64,000 nt of DNA from Octopus vulgaris (taxonomy: Eukaryota): assembly GCA_951406725.2 (NCBI GenBank), contig OX597825.1:83576001-83640000 (forward strand), read 5' to 3'. The position numbers were made by a program, and so were the translations under genes. Shown one piece after another: positions 42,393 through 54,694 of the stretch. Under the pieces are notes generated by a model that worked only from the letters and a program-made list of their open reading frames with translations, was not told the DNA's origin and did not search any database. Every line of letters starts with the position of its first letter. Position 1 is the first letter of the stretch.

Positions 42393-42519
42393 AACTTCAT
42401 CCGCCTGTTCCACCGTTGAGGACTTGATGACTGTCATAGCCCCGTTTGCACAGCAGGCTTGCTGTGCTCGCGTTGCCCAGTCTGCACCCCGTGGAGGAGG
42501 GGTTGAACTTTTGCAGACC
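42393..42519 (-). ncRNA. Putative HDV-like self-cleaving ribozyme at the RTE 5' end
   Basis: GGTCTGC (P1)..ACCCC TCCTCCAC GGGGT (P3/L3) GCAGACT (P1', G-U first pair) GG (P1.1), a P4-like hairpin, then GGCGGA-TGAA (J4/2-P2'). Confidence 0.55.
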
Positions 42520-42613
42520 GACGTATAAAAGGTACGTATATATATATGCATATACTGAAACAATAAAGATAAAAGGTACGTGTACCTGTATATACATATA
42601 CACATATATACAT

Positions 42614-42660
<47 letters not shown>

Positions 42661-42769
42661 GATAGATACATACATACATACATACATACATACATACATA
42701 CATACATACATACATTCATACATAAATACAGGTACACACATACCAGAACAAGTAGAGAAAGTATCGCAT

Positions 42770-43280
42770 CTCAGTAGGCGGCACCTCGGGCAAGTGTTCC
42801 CTCCCTCGTCCCGAGGCAAGCAAATTCTTGTGTGTCAATATGGTAAGCAGAAACTGAAAGAAGCCCTTTTGTGCAAATATGTTTATTTGTGTGCGTGTGT
42901 GTTTGTTGTTGTTATTATTGTTGTTGCTGCCAATGTATGTGTGTGTGTTTATAAATAATAAAATATATGTATACATCAATGCATGGATATGTATGTGTAG
43001 TTAGATAGATAGATAGATTGATGGTATATGTATATATATATGTATATCTGTATACACAAATGAGTAAATACTTATGAGTGTGTGTGCTTGTGTTCGACAT
43101 CACCATCGTTTGACCAAAGATGTTGGTTTGTTTACATCACTGTAACTTATCCGTTCGGCAAAGAGTACCCGATGGAATAAGTATATGGTTTAAAAATGAA
43201 TTCCAGGGTCGATTTGTCTGACCAAACACTTTAGGGTGTTGCTACAGCACAGCCATATTCCAACGAGTGAATAAAAAAAT
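42770..43280 (+). mobile_element. SINE family B, degenerate with expanded internal microsatellite
   Basis: GCGGCACCTCGGGCAAGTG...GTTCGGCAAAGAG..CCGATGGAATAAGTA. Confidence 0.65.
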
Positions 43281-43308
43281 ACAAGATATATATGTGTGTG
43301 TCTACATG

Positions 43309-43365
<57 letters not shown>

Positions 43366-43464
43366 ATATATACATATATACATACATATATACATACATA
43401 TATATATATACATATATTTGTATGTAAGTATGACTGTCTAAATTAAGCAATATTAATTAATTAA

Positions 43465-44005
43465 GACTACACCTATAGCAATAACGAATGAGACCAATCG
43501 TTGTTCTGATGAATTCATTCATGAAAATATAATTGTTTTCCTTACTGAACTATCACAGTTTGTACTATGTTGACGCCTACGTATATTACCTTTATCCTGT
43601 TCGACTGTGTACTAACATAACATCATCGGACGAATAAAAAGACGTAGGCGTCAGGCGTGGGCTGTAAGCGTTTGTCGCGGACATAACGGAATGTCTTCCT
43701 TAACAAGCGTGACCGAAATATATTATTCACGGATATAGTAAAATTTTCTGTTGATTTACAAGTAAAAGTATGTTCTCCGTCTATCAATATCTATTCAACC
43801 GAACGAGATTAATAATATCCGTGATCGTTCGTAATAATTATTGGAGCATCATAGCAACGCAAATAATGTTATTTATTTATACATAACAGTATTTTAAAAT
43901 CCATTGCCAGTTCTAAGAGTGTATTTATAACAATTTCCTCCTGTTTATTTAGCCGCTATTTCCCTGCTAACATATACCGCTGAGTTATTAATTTATTATT
44001 AAATA
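43465..44005. repeat. Diverged ~540-bp repeat with two further copies at about 34008-34595 and 35565-35910
   Basis: Shared blocks TGAAAATATAATTG, ACGTAGG, TAACAAGCGTGAC, ATATCCGTGATCGTTCGTAATAA.TATTGGAGCAT and ATGTTATTTATTTATACATAACAG. Confidence 0.75.
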
Positions 44006-44654
44006 TATTCATGATACTCTAAATGTTTAATTCTGTGAATAAATCTCATGTTTCCTCCGTTCCTGTAAAGCATAGACAATATTGCCAATTCGTGCCAGGC
44101 TTTTTATTAGTTTTACTAACACTAAATCAATAATATATCTTTCTCACTTTCTCTCTATCTTTCATTATCACTTACCTCACAAGCACTCGATTATACCTAC
44201 ACACACAGACAAACACACTCACAGAGACAAACTCACACACACACACAAACTCACACACACAGACAAACTCACACACATAGACAAACACGCACACACATGC
44301 ACCGAGCGGGAGAGGCTCATGTGAACACTGCCGCTTAAGAAGAGAGCCTTAGGCCACCTTGCGTATCGTTAGCTAATTTGGCGCCTACATGTGACCCGCC
44401 ACCAACAGTATCCAATTCCGCATGAAACCACAATCTAACCTCATAAAAAGTAACATTCTAGATAATATATCCCTAATTACGGTATGCCTTGAGAACATAA
44501 TTTGAAAAATATGGTTACCGATCTGTATATCGATTGAACACTTTGCTATCATTCCCTCTGACTGTCTTCTTCTGTTCGCCATCACACACACACACTTTCA
44601 CACACACACACACACACATGGACAAATCAGTCAGTCTGAAGTTGCCATATATTC

Positions 44655-44832
44655 TTTTCTACTCTAGACACAAGGCCCGAAATTTATAGGGAGGATACCA
44701 GTCGATTAGATCCACCTCAGTACGCAGCTGGTACTTAATTTATTGACTCCGAAAGGATGAAAGGTAAGGTCGACCTCGGCGGAATTTGAACTCAGAGCAC
44801 TGTCCGAAGCGATCACGCTTCTGCCAACTCGT
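44655..44832 (-). mobile_element. SINE family A, internally deleted
   Basis: GTCGACCTCGGCGGAATTTGAACTCAGA core. An oppositely oriented degenerate copy lies at about 45003-45240. Confidence 0.8.
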
Positions 44833-45714
44833 CGATTTTGATTTGGAAATATGATAGCTGCTTCCGAATTTATGATAGCTTTCTTAGCAAAACTCATCTA
44901 TATAATTCACTTTAAGACATGCTTATCAAGAAATCACTCAACGCAGAATGTCTTCCTCGAGCGGCGTTGGAATTAGAATCTCATTATTTTCAGTTGTTAT
45001 GTGAGTAGCAAGCTGACTGAATCTTTAAAGTTTTGGACAAGGCAGTTTTGGACAGTATTCCTTCCGTTTTCTTTTTTTCTTTTTCTTTTTTTTTTTCATG
45101 TTCTGAGTTCAAATTCAGCCGAAGTCGATTATGCCTTTCGATCTTTCGTGGTCGCTAAAAATAAGAAGTCGGGCACGGAAGATTAATGTAATCGGCTGAT
45201 CCTCTTCCAACAAACTTGCCGGCCTTGGGCAATAAAAATAATCTGGAACAATTATTTTCTTTCTCAGGGTACCAGTATCATTAATACATGAGTTCCTGAT
45301 TCACATAACGCAAATACTCGAAAATTCCCCAGTTCCATGCTTTTAGTTAAGGATGTCGTTATACTTGTAAGAAGCCGTATCGTTCGAAGAATTTGGTGCC
45401 AGCCAAGGGTCGGTTTGGCAATTTCCTGATTATAAACGTTGATACCTAAGACATAATGATCCAAAATACAACACTGAGTTTTAAATTAAAGAATTGATTT
45501 GCCTCTTCCTACTTTTCCAATGTAATTTATACACGGGATATATCTCTTACAATTCAAATGACCCCATCATATTTGGAGCAGAATCATTATATTCCGCCAA
45601 GGTTGTGAGCGTAATTTGAAATGGTTGATACAATAATGCGCAGAAGATATGTTTGTCCCAAGGTAAACCATTAAACTGGTATCAACCATAACGCTGTCAG
45701 ATATGAATAATCTA

Positions 45715-46492
<778 letters not shown>

Positions 46493-46764
46493 AAACTGTG
46501 AATAATCCATCAAAGCTGATATAATTTTAAATCGAAGAATCAGAAAGTACGATGTTAATTGTCATCGTTTCGAAACCAACCATCCAAATAAACAGCTTTC
46601 GACAGTTTTGAAACCGATTTTCTCGACCAAATTGAAATATTTGTATCTTGTCTCTTTCTTCTATTTTGATATATTTTCTACGGATTACACAGTTTTACAA
46701 TTTTTTATGACGTTAGTTTTTAAGATGAAATGTTGCGATACAGCTGCGTCTTATATGCGCTGGA

Positions 46765-46818
46765 ATAATAATGACGATGATAATAACAATAATAATAATG
46801 ATAAAAATAATAATAATA

Positions 46819-46865
<47 letters not shown>

Positions 46866-46956
46866 AATAATGATAATAATAATAATAATAATAATGATGA
46901 TGATGACAATAATAACAATAATAATAATAATAATAATAATAATGATGATGATGATG

Positions 46957-47019
<63 letters not shown>
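46765..47019. repeat. (AAT)n/(GAT)n microsatellite
   Basis: Direct inspection. Confidence 0.95.
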
Positions 47020-47698
47020 GAGTAAGATGGAACGTCTTAGAGAATGACGTCTGCAAATGTGGAAAAGTCGGTACACTAAAACATATTCTTTCCAACTGTT
47101 CGTTAGCATTGAACAGGTACACATGGAGGCACAACTTGGTCCTTAAGGTTATCTTCAATGCTATAAAGAATCAAATTCATCTCAACAACACTGAGGAAAA
47201 ATCGTTAAAAGTACCATCAAGAGAGTTCATTACCTTCGTGCGACCAGGTCAGCAGATCCGTTTCAAGAAGAAGACCAAGAAACTTCCTGAGAAAAATGAA
47301 AAGTGGAACGACTATTGGGAGGTAACTGCAGATTTACCTGGGTGCCAGGTTTTCTTTCCCATCCCAGTTTCGAAAAACCAGATATTTTGATGTGGTGTGA
47401 AAGAAAGAAAGTTTTAAATATAGTCGAGCTAACGGTTCCTCACGAAGATAATATGGACGCCGCTCGAGCTCGAAAATTAAACCGTTATGAAAACCTCCTC
47501 GAGGAATATGAAGACGCAGGCTGGAAAGCGGAACATTTTCCTATCGAAGTCGGATGTAGAGGGTTTGTAGGACACAGCGTGAGACGACTGTTGTTATCGT
47601 TAGGCCTAACTCATCGTAAAGTCAATACCACCATGACTGATATCCAATCTACAGTGGAGAAGGCTAGCCACTGGATTTGGTTAAAAAAGAGACGATGA
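47020..47698 (+). pseudogene. HERO-like non-LTR retrotransposon, zinc knuckle plus REL endonuclease, 5'-truncated, one frameshift
   Basis: CKCGKVGTLKHILSNC (CCHC) and RYTWRHN, then after a frameshift near 47370 KPDILMW..IVELTVPHE..RKLNRY..GW..PIEVGCRGF..EKASHWIW, all characteristic of HERO-clade REL domains. Confidence 0.88.
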
Positions 47699-47740
47699 GC
47701 GATGGCTAGAAGTATATTGAGTTCATCATAACCAGCTGAT

Positions 47741-47852
47741 CTAGCAAGCGGGGCCTCATATCAGTGAGGGGGGCCGGTGCGCATTGATGCCGTCGAGAGG
47801 TAGGCCCCGAAACGGCGCGCATTCTCTCCTGATGACCCCATACACTTGCTAG
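47741..47852 (+). ncRNA. Putative strand-permuted, pseudoknotted hammerhead ribozyme in the HERO 3' UTR
   Basis: GUC (47792-94), GAAA (47809-12) and CUGAUGA (47829-35) are each flanked by perfectly pairing stems I, II and III, plus four extra helices. See findings. Confidence 0.65.
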
Positions 47853-48380
47853 CTTCCGATATACGGAGCTTTTAACTGGTAGCACTTGCATGTGCAAGTT
47901 GTTTGCAAGATATATATAGAAACACTTACTCAACCAGATGAACCTCAGTGAGAAATGACATAGACGTTGTTAACGTTAGAACATTCTTCCGTTTATTCGA
48001 GCATCGAATCAGTGTTTGTAATTAAAGGAAGTCTCAACACATAATATTAATGATACGATCGATTTAGCCTTTACACAGTTTTTCCTGGATTTTCTGACGC
48101 TCTCAACATACATTGTTTAAAACAACAATTAAGAAAATGAAGATATTACAGCTGTCATATGGTGTTTTATTTCTTGAATCTTCTAAAAATATTTGCACTG
48201 TCAAAATGTGTGTGCTTACATTAATATATATATATATGTGTGTGTGTGTGTATGTATGTAGGTATATATACATGTATATATGTGTGTGTGTACGTATGCA
48301 TGCATATATGTATGTATCTATATATGTATATATATGTGTGTATGCATGTATATATACATATATATGCATATGCATCTATG

Positions 48381-48439
<59 letters not shown>

Positions 48440-48624
48440 GGATAGATATATGCATATATATGTGTCTGTACGTATGTGAAGTGCACATTAAGTTAGTGAC
48501 GTAAGAAAACAAGAAAGATTAATTAATTAAATACCACACCTCTGGTGAAGAATCAGGTGAGGCCAACCCTATGTGTGTGTGTATCTGTATATATATATAT
48601 ATATATATACACATATATATATAT

Positions 48625-48723
<99 letters not shown>

Positions 48724-49164
48724 CACACATACATATATATATATATATTTGTATAGTATTACTATTATTTCTAGTTTTGCTGTTGTTATATCTATGCATA
48801 TATATATATATATACATACATATATATAGGCACACATTTATATAAGTATATATTCAACTGTTTAACTGAGACAGGGACATACATATACCAGTGTACTTGT
48901 GTACATGTATTACCTGCATATTTCTATGCGTTTATTCCGTGGAAGGTATTTCAATTGTCATTTGTTTATTGAAGATAATAATATACTTAACACGAGTCAA
49001 CGGTAAACACCAGCACTAACCATTTCCAACTCTGTACGTATGAAAGAGAATTTTACGTAACGGTTATTTTAGACTCATTATGGATAAAGCAAGACAAAAA
49101 ATTACAAGAGCTTCATGAAAATTCAAGAAGAAGACGGTTTTCCCTCAGGAGCACAAACAATCTA

Positions 49165-49350
49165 ACCAGTAATCCACAAGGGAAGAGAAAGAGAGGGCAC
49201 CCTAATTATAGATGGATGTAGAATCCTGAGGCAGGGCTGAAAGGACAGGGATTCTACTGGGGAGTTCCAGAAAAGACAACCAAGAAACGAGAACAATGGG
49301 AAAAGTCTTCGATGGGCAATGCTCCATCGTCAGGGAAATGATCAAGTGGA
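49165..49350 (+). pseudogene. Degraded 3' end of an RTE-type LINE
   Basis: Reads NPQGKRKRGHP..W..E..G..W....REQW, the typical RTE C-terminal GKR.RGRP..W motif, with an internal stop. Confidence 0.6.
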
Positions 49351-52083
49351 TAGGTTAGTAAAATAAATAGGTTCCATCAATCGATAATACCCCTCATTCT
49401 TTGGAAAGAATGGTTTCTTCTCCGCTGCCTATGATATTTATGCTTCATGTTTTCCCTAGCTGAATTTTTATCGAAACGCTTGAATTTAAGATTTAGTCCA
49501 ACGAGAAATCAAATGTATTTATTACAAAATCGTTATGAAGTTGTTTCAATTTAACTTTAAAGTTAATTGTGATAAAAAATAAAACTAGATAAAGAACAAA
49601 ATCAAATGAAATGAATAGAAAATTAACCTGAATATAAATGAAAGGCGTTTTAATTAAGAAGTCCATATGAAATTTACATTAAATATACATGAATCAACTA
49701 ATTAATTAATAAGTCAGTGATCCGCAATTAAATGACAAAAGAAACGATTAGTTGTTAATGAAATAATATTAAGAAAAAGAAGAAAGAAGCGAATACTCAT
49801 ATTTCTTTAGACATGTAAACGGGATGTTGCGTTCGTTGTGAGTTCATAGGTTCACTAATGCGCTCTTATGGGCCTTATTGTTGCTGATCTTTAGCAGAGG
49901 TCACCACTGATTGAAAAGTTTCAAAATGAAAGGCATCATCGTCATTATTATTTTGTTATTTTTGTTGTTGTTGTTGTTGCTCTTGCATAACCTTTTACTA
50001 TTTCTATTATCAAAGGCCTTGCAATTCTTATTACATCACATTTGTTCTTATTCCTTGGTCCCAGGTTAGTCCTCTTTGAGAAAGACTGAGAACAAATGAC
50101 TTGAAACTATGATCACATCATTGTTACTATTGTTTAGCCCCGGGCCAGTTTTATTTGAGCGGACTTCCGGTTACCAAACGAACCGAAACAGTGACCATAA
50201 AGTTGTCGCTATTGTTTAATCCCAGGTCAAGTCTCTTTGAGCAATTCTATGATCAAAGACATTAAGATTGCAATCTATTCGTTATAACGGCATCTCTAGC
50301 GTTCATTAGCGTTAGGTCTACTCCATCAGTTCGCAGACTTGTTAGAGCATCATATACTATATGCGGCCCCTTAAAATGACGGCGAGGTCAAATTTACCTG
50401 TCTTCCTTTTCTGGTCAAGAAATAATGTACCAGAATGGTCCTGGAATTAATTCTTCTTTATCTCTCATTTTTTCTGTGTTTATCTTGCTTCTTGAAACAT
50501 CCGCTATGGTTGATCATACCTGGAAAGGACTAGGATCCCTTATGTATTTAAAAAGTGTCAAAGATGTATAGCATTTCCCGACGGTGCTTCTACATCTTTT
50601 GCAAGGATTTGAGGGCACAAGGTGAGGCATTGATTGCAATGTGACTCTCCACGATCGTTCCTATGTTAAGGTGAGGTTAAAGAGCAAATTTGATGCTGTT
50701 TCTGATTAGTCGAAAGACAACAGAGATTGCACCCTATTGGTTGACTGTCTTCTTCAATTTCAAGTGCCTTCTTCATAAACACATCCAATTGTCGTTGACT
50801 TAGAAATGGAACTCGCGATCTCGCAACTCACAGTTCTTCTATAAACCACTACATCACACCTCGAAGCTCTTGCCTTCAGTTAATATACAAATTAATTATT
50901 ATATACAAATTACTTTATAATGTTATCAATAACTTGTTAGTAATGAAACAGAACACTCCTTATCTCTATTTCTTTCTGTATCTCTCTCTCTCTCTTTCTA
51001 TCTCTTTCCCACTCTCTCTTATTCTCCATCTCTCATGAGTATAGTCTTTGTGTAAGTGTGATTCGCAATAAGAAATTGCTCTTTTCGTAGTTAAGACAAA
51101 TATTCTCTGATGTGTTTCGTCCGTGCCGTACGTGCTCCATGGCAAGTGTGATAACTTTCAGTCAATTCATTGTCGAAATATAAAGCAACAATCAATGTTT
51201 TATTATCCATATTGTCTTCTTTCAAGAGAAGTTTCCAGCAGACATGTTTAACATCCACTTAAATATCAAGGGGATACATCACTTGAATAGTGTGAACTGC
51301 TTCCAAAGTAATTCCAATGATAAAATAGAAGTATCGAGCGGACATTTCACCAAAGATTCACTTTCTCGAATCTATCTCAATTGGTCCTGTGGGTAATATA
51401 TATAAACTGTCTATATACATGCAAACAAACAAACATACGTACATGAATACGTACTGACAGACAGATAAACAGAAAGATATATATATATATATACATATAC
51501 AAAAATACATACAAAGACATACACATATTTAATCAAATACATATTTCTTTCTCCCCTCTCTCTCATCCCACTCTCTCTCTCTCTGTATATACAATACATT
51601 GAATATATATACATATATATATATAATATCTATACATATAATACATATATATATGAACGTACATGCACGTGACAACAACGCACTCAGATACACAAATGCA
51701 TGTATATGCTATATATAAGTATAATATATATAAATATATATATGTGTGTGTGTGTGTTTGTGTGTATGTATATATATATTTATATATACATATATATATA
51801 TATATGTATGTATGTATGTATGTTTGTATGTATATATGTATACACGTATACATATATATTAATATATACATGTATATATAGTTATTAGTGAGGTATTATC
51901 AATCCGAGCAAAATATTTAGTAAGCTCTCTGTTAGTACACCAGGCTAAGAAAATTGTTTAGATTAGTAAAGAGCCCCACGTAGACTTCTGCCCAGGTCGG
52001 AGGTTATAGTTGATCACCATTCTATACTATAGATCTATGGCTGTTTCCCAGTTATACTGATTTTATCATTGAGTGATACACAA

Positions 52084-52427
52084 GACAAGGAACAAATAAT
52101 GGCCATTACATATTTCCCTGTTTTGTAGTAGACTTTACTTACAAAACTTTCTCGCAGTCATTATGAGTTCGTTGTTGATGGGTTTACTCAATCGGACCAT
52201 TGATTGATTGAGAACAATTAAATGACTTAGAAAACTAATGGTACTTTCGTTAGAGAAATGACGAAAGTAGCATTCAGTTTGTAGGTCATTCAATTTTTCG
52301 CAAGCGGTCAATGGGCCGATCGAGTAAACCTATCAATAACGGACACATAATGGCTACTAAAAAGAGCTGCAAGTCAAACCTACTGCAATAAAGATAAATA
52401 TATAATGACCATTATTTATGCCTTGTG
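52084..52427. repeat. Imperfect ~340-bp palindrome (foldback / MITE-like)
   Basis: Arms pair from ATAATGGCCATTACATATTT / AAATATATAATGACCATTAT inward to ACTTTCGTTA gagaaa TGACGAAAGT. Confidence 0.85.
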
Positions 52428-52951
52428 TTACACACACACGCACAGGCATACACACACACATATACATACAAACATACATACAAATATACATACATACATA
52501 CATACATACATTCATACATATATAATACTAAATGGGACAAGAACGCAAAACATCCAGATATACGATACAAAAAACAAGGAAGGGTCATTTGGAGTTTTCT
52601 TCCTTCAGTCGGGTTCCAGAATATCTTTGCAATTTCGGCTGGTTATACCCGAGATTACTCCAATCAGGCCAGTCCCAAGGATAAACTAAACTAAGAGCAT
52701 TAGATTCCTTGGAAGAAAGCAGCGAATGTATACGAAAACTACGACGGAAAAAACGGAGAATGTTACACAAATACAAATAACAGGACATGACAACAGGTGT
52801 CTTTCGACTAAGGACGGATTAAATTAAGTCGGCGTGCGTGGAAATTAATCCTTACGGCAGGGATAAACGATTTCACAGACACAGGGAAGAATATAGATGT
52901 TGCGCGGATGGCGGCCGATTGACGAAAGAAAGGTCAGGCTTGGCCATATAT

Positions 52952-53269
52952 ATAAACAAATAACAAAAAAGATGGAGACTGGTTTATTCACTACGGCTGT
53001 TTCAGACCTGTTTTTTTTATTGGGGAATAGAATTATTACATCATGTGAAACAAAAATGATTTTTATCATGTGAATATATGCACGAATTAAACGTTTCAGC
53101 CAAATATTCCACGAATCCAAATATGTACCATTTTCTGATTTCCTGGAAAACTTTGACCAGGGAAACGGTTTTTTTCACATGACGTAATAAGGTTATTCAG
53201 CAATAAAAAAAACATATCTGAAACAGCTGTAATGAGTGAACTACTATCTATCTGTTGTTTTTTGTTTAT
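52952..53269. repeat. Inverted ~100-bp arms, each with a decayed hammerhead-like motif
   Basis: 52952-53055 is a diverged reverse complement of 53169-53269. Motif TTCAC-ATGAYG...CTGAAACAGCYGTA-RTGA. Confidence 0.7.
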
Positions 53270-53563
53270 TATTCACCCTACTTGGCAACTTCAGTTAGCG
53301 TAGATCTGGAGATTATTAAGTGTGGTACAATTGATACAGCATGTATTCATAGATACAGCCTAACTTGTGTCACATTCAGATGAGCACTTGTGATCATATA
53401 TGTAACTGAAATATATTAATCTGTTGGTACTCCCATATGTACGTATATATTCCTCTAATTTTGCTTTGTATGCGACAGAGATCATTCACTCGACCTTGGT
53501 GCCTTACTATCTAAGGACCACATTCACTTAATTCTCACCTTATAATCATATATATGCTTATGT

Positions 53564-53637
<74 letters not shown>

Positions 53638-53639
53638 TT

Positions 53640-53837
53640 AGTTAATCCAAACAAGAAAGGACAAAACAAAACACAACAACGCGAGGACGTGGAACAAATA
53701 TAGTATTATTGGACGTTCAGGAAAGAAGGAGGGTTTATCGTTTCGAGCGGAGCTCTTCGTCGGAAACATAGGAGAAGGAAAGATCCATAGACGGGAAGAC
53801 AGAGGAAAAAAATCGCCAACGGTACACACGAAGTCAC
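53640..53837 (-). repeat. Penelope-derived repeat with minimal hammerhead motif at 53733-53767
   Basis: Minus strand GTTT-CCGACGA-A-GAGC TCC GCTC-GAAACGAT-AAAC, two substitutions from a canonical motif. Preceded by a (TG)n tract. Confidence 0.6.
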
Positions 53838-53880
53838 ATGTTTCTGTGTCTTTGTGTTTTTGGCTGTCCCCACATCACGC

Positions 53881-53950
<70 letters not shown>

Positions 53951-54372
53951 TTTCTTTTTTTTTCACACTGTATTCAAACAGACATACATTTCTATGCATG
54001 CTTGTGTGTGTATACGTGCATGTGTAGCCGTACATGTAAATACACACACATACATATATCAATACCTATATATATATCAATTTCTATTTATATCTGTCTC
54101 CCCTTCAGTTCATATGTGTATGTGTGAGTTTGTGTGTGTGTGTGCGTGTATGAATAGTGATATTATTTTAAATATATTTAGAATGCATTGATACACACCG
54201 ATGCTTAAAATATACAGATTAGCAACATAATCAGATAGTTTCGACATATATCAATCCCTAATATTATAGTACATGTTATATCATGATATATATATATGCA
54301 ATAAATATAGGTGTGCATCTATTTTTATGTACATATACATATAAGTGTGTGTGTTTGTGTGTGCGTGTGCAC

Positions 54373-54438
<66 letters not shown>

Positions 54439-54653
54439 GAATGTTTGTATTTATGTATGTATATGAATATATCTGTATATGAATATATATGTATATATGT
54501 ATATATATACATGCCTATATGTATATATATATAAATGTATATATGTACGTATATATGTATATATATATATATATGTGTGCGTGTGTGTGTATATATGTGC
54601 GTATACATACATATAAACATATATATGTATATATATATATATACATGCATATA

Positions 54654-54694
<41 letters not shown>

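Larger units (their letters stand above)
39423..42553 (-). mobile_element. RTE-clade LINE, both ends present but frameshifted and internally deleted
   Basis: APE and RT domains, (ATG)n tail at 39421-39430, and an 11-bp TSD ACTGAAACAAT at 39412-39422 and 42554-42564. Confidence 0.95.

Noticed and set aside
43506-43535. CTGATGA...GAAA hammerhead-like spacing
   Set aside because: No credible stem I or II. The same applies to CTGAAGATGAAAC near 8935 and CTGATGA near 18687 and 32955.
46608-47019. N-terminal part of the 260-aa ORF
   Set aside because: Chance open frame through a microsatellite; only the part after 47020 is retrotransposon-derived.
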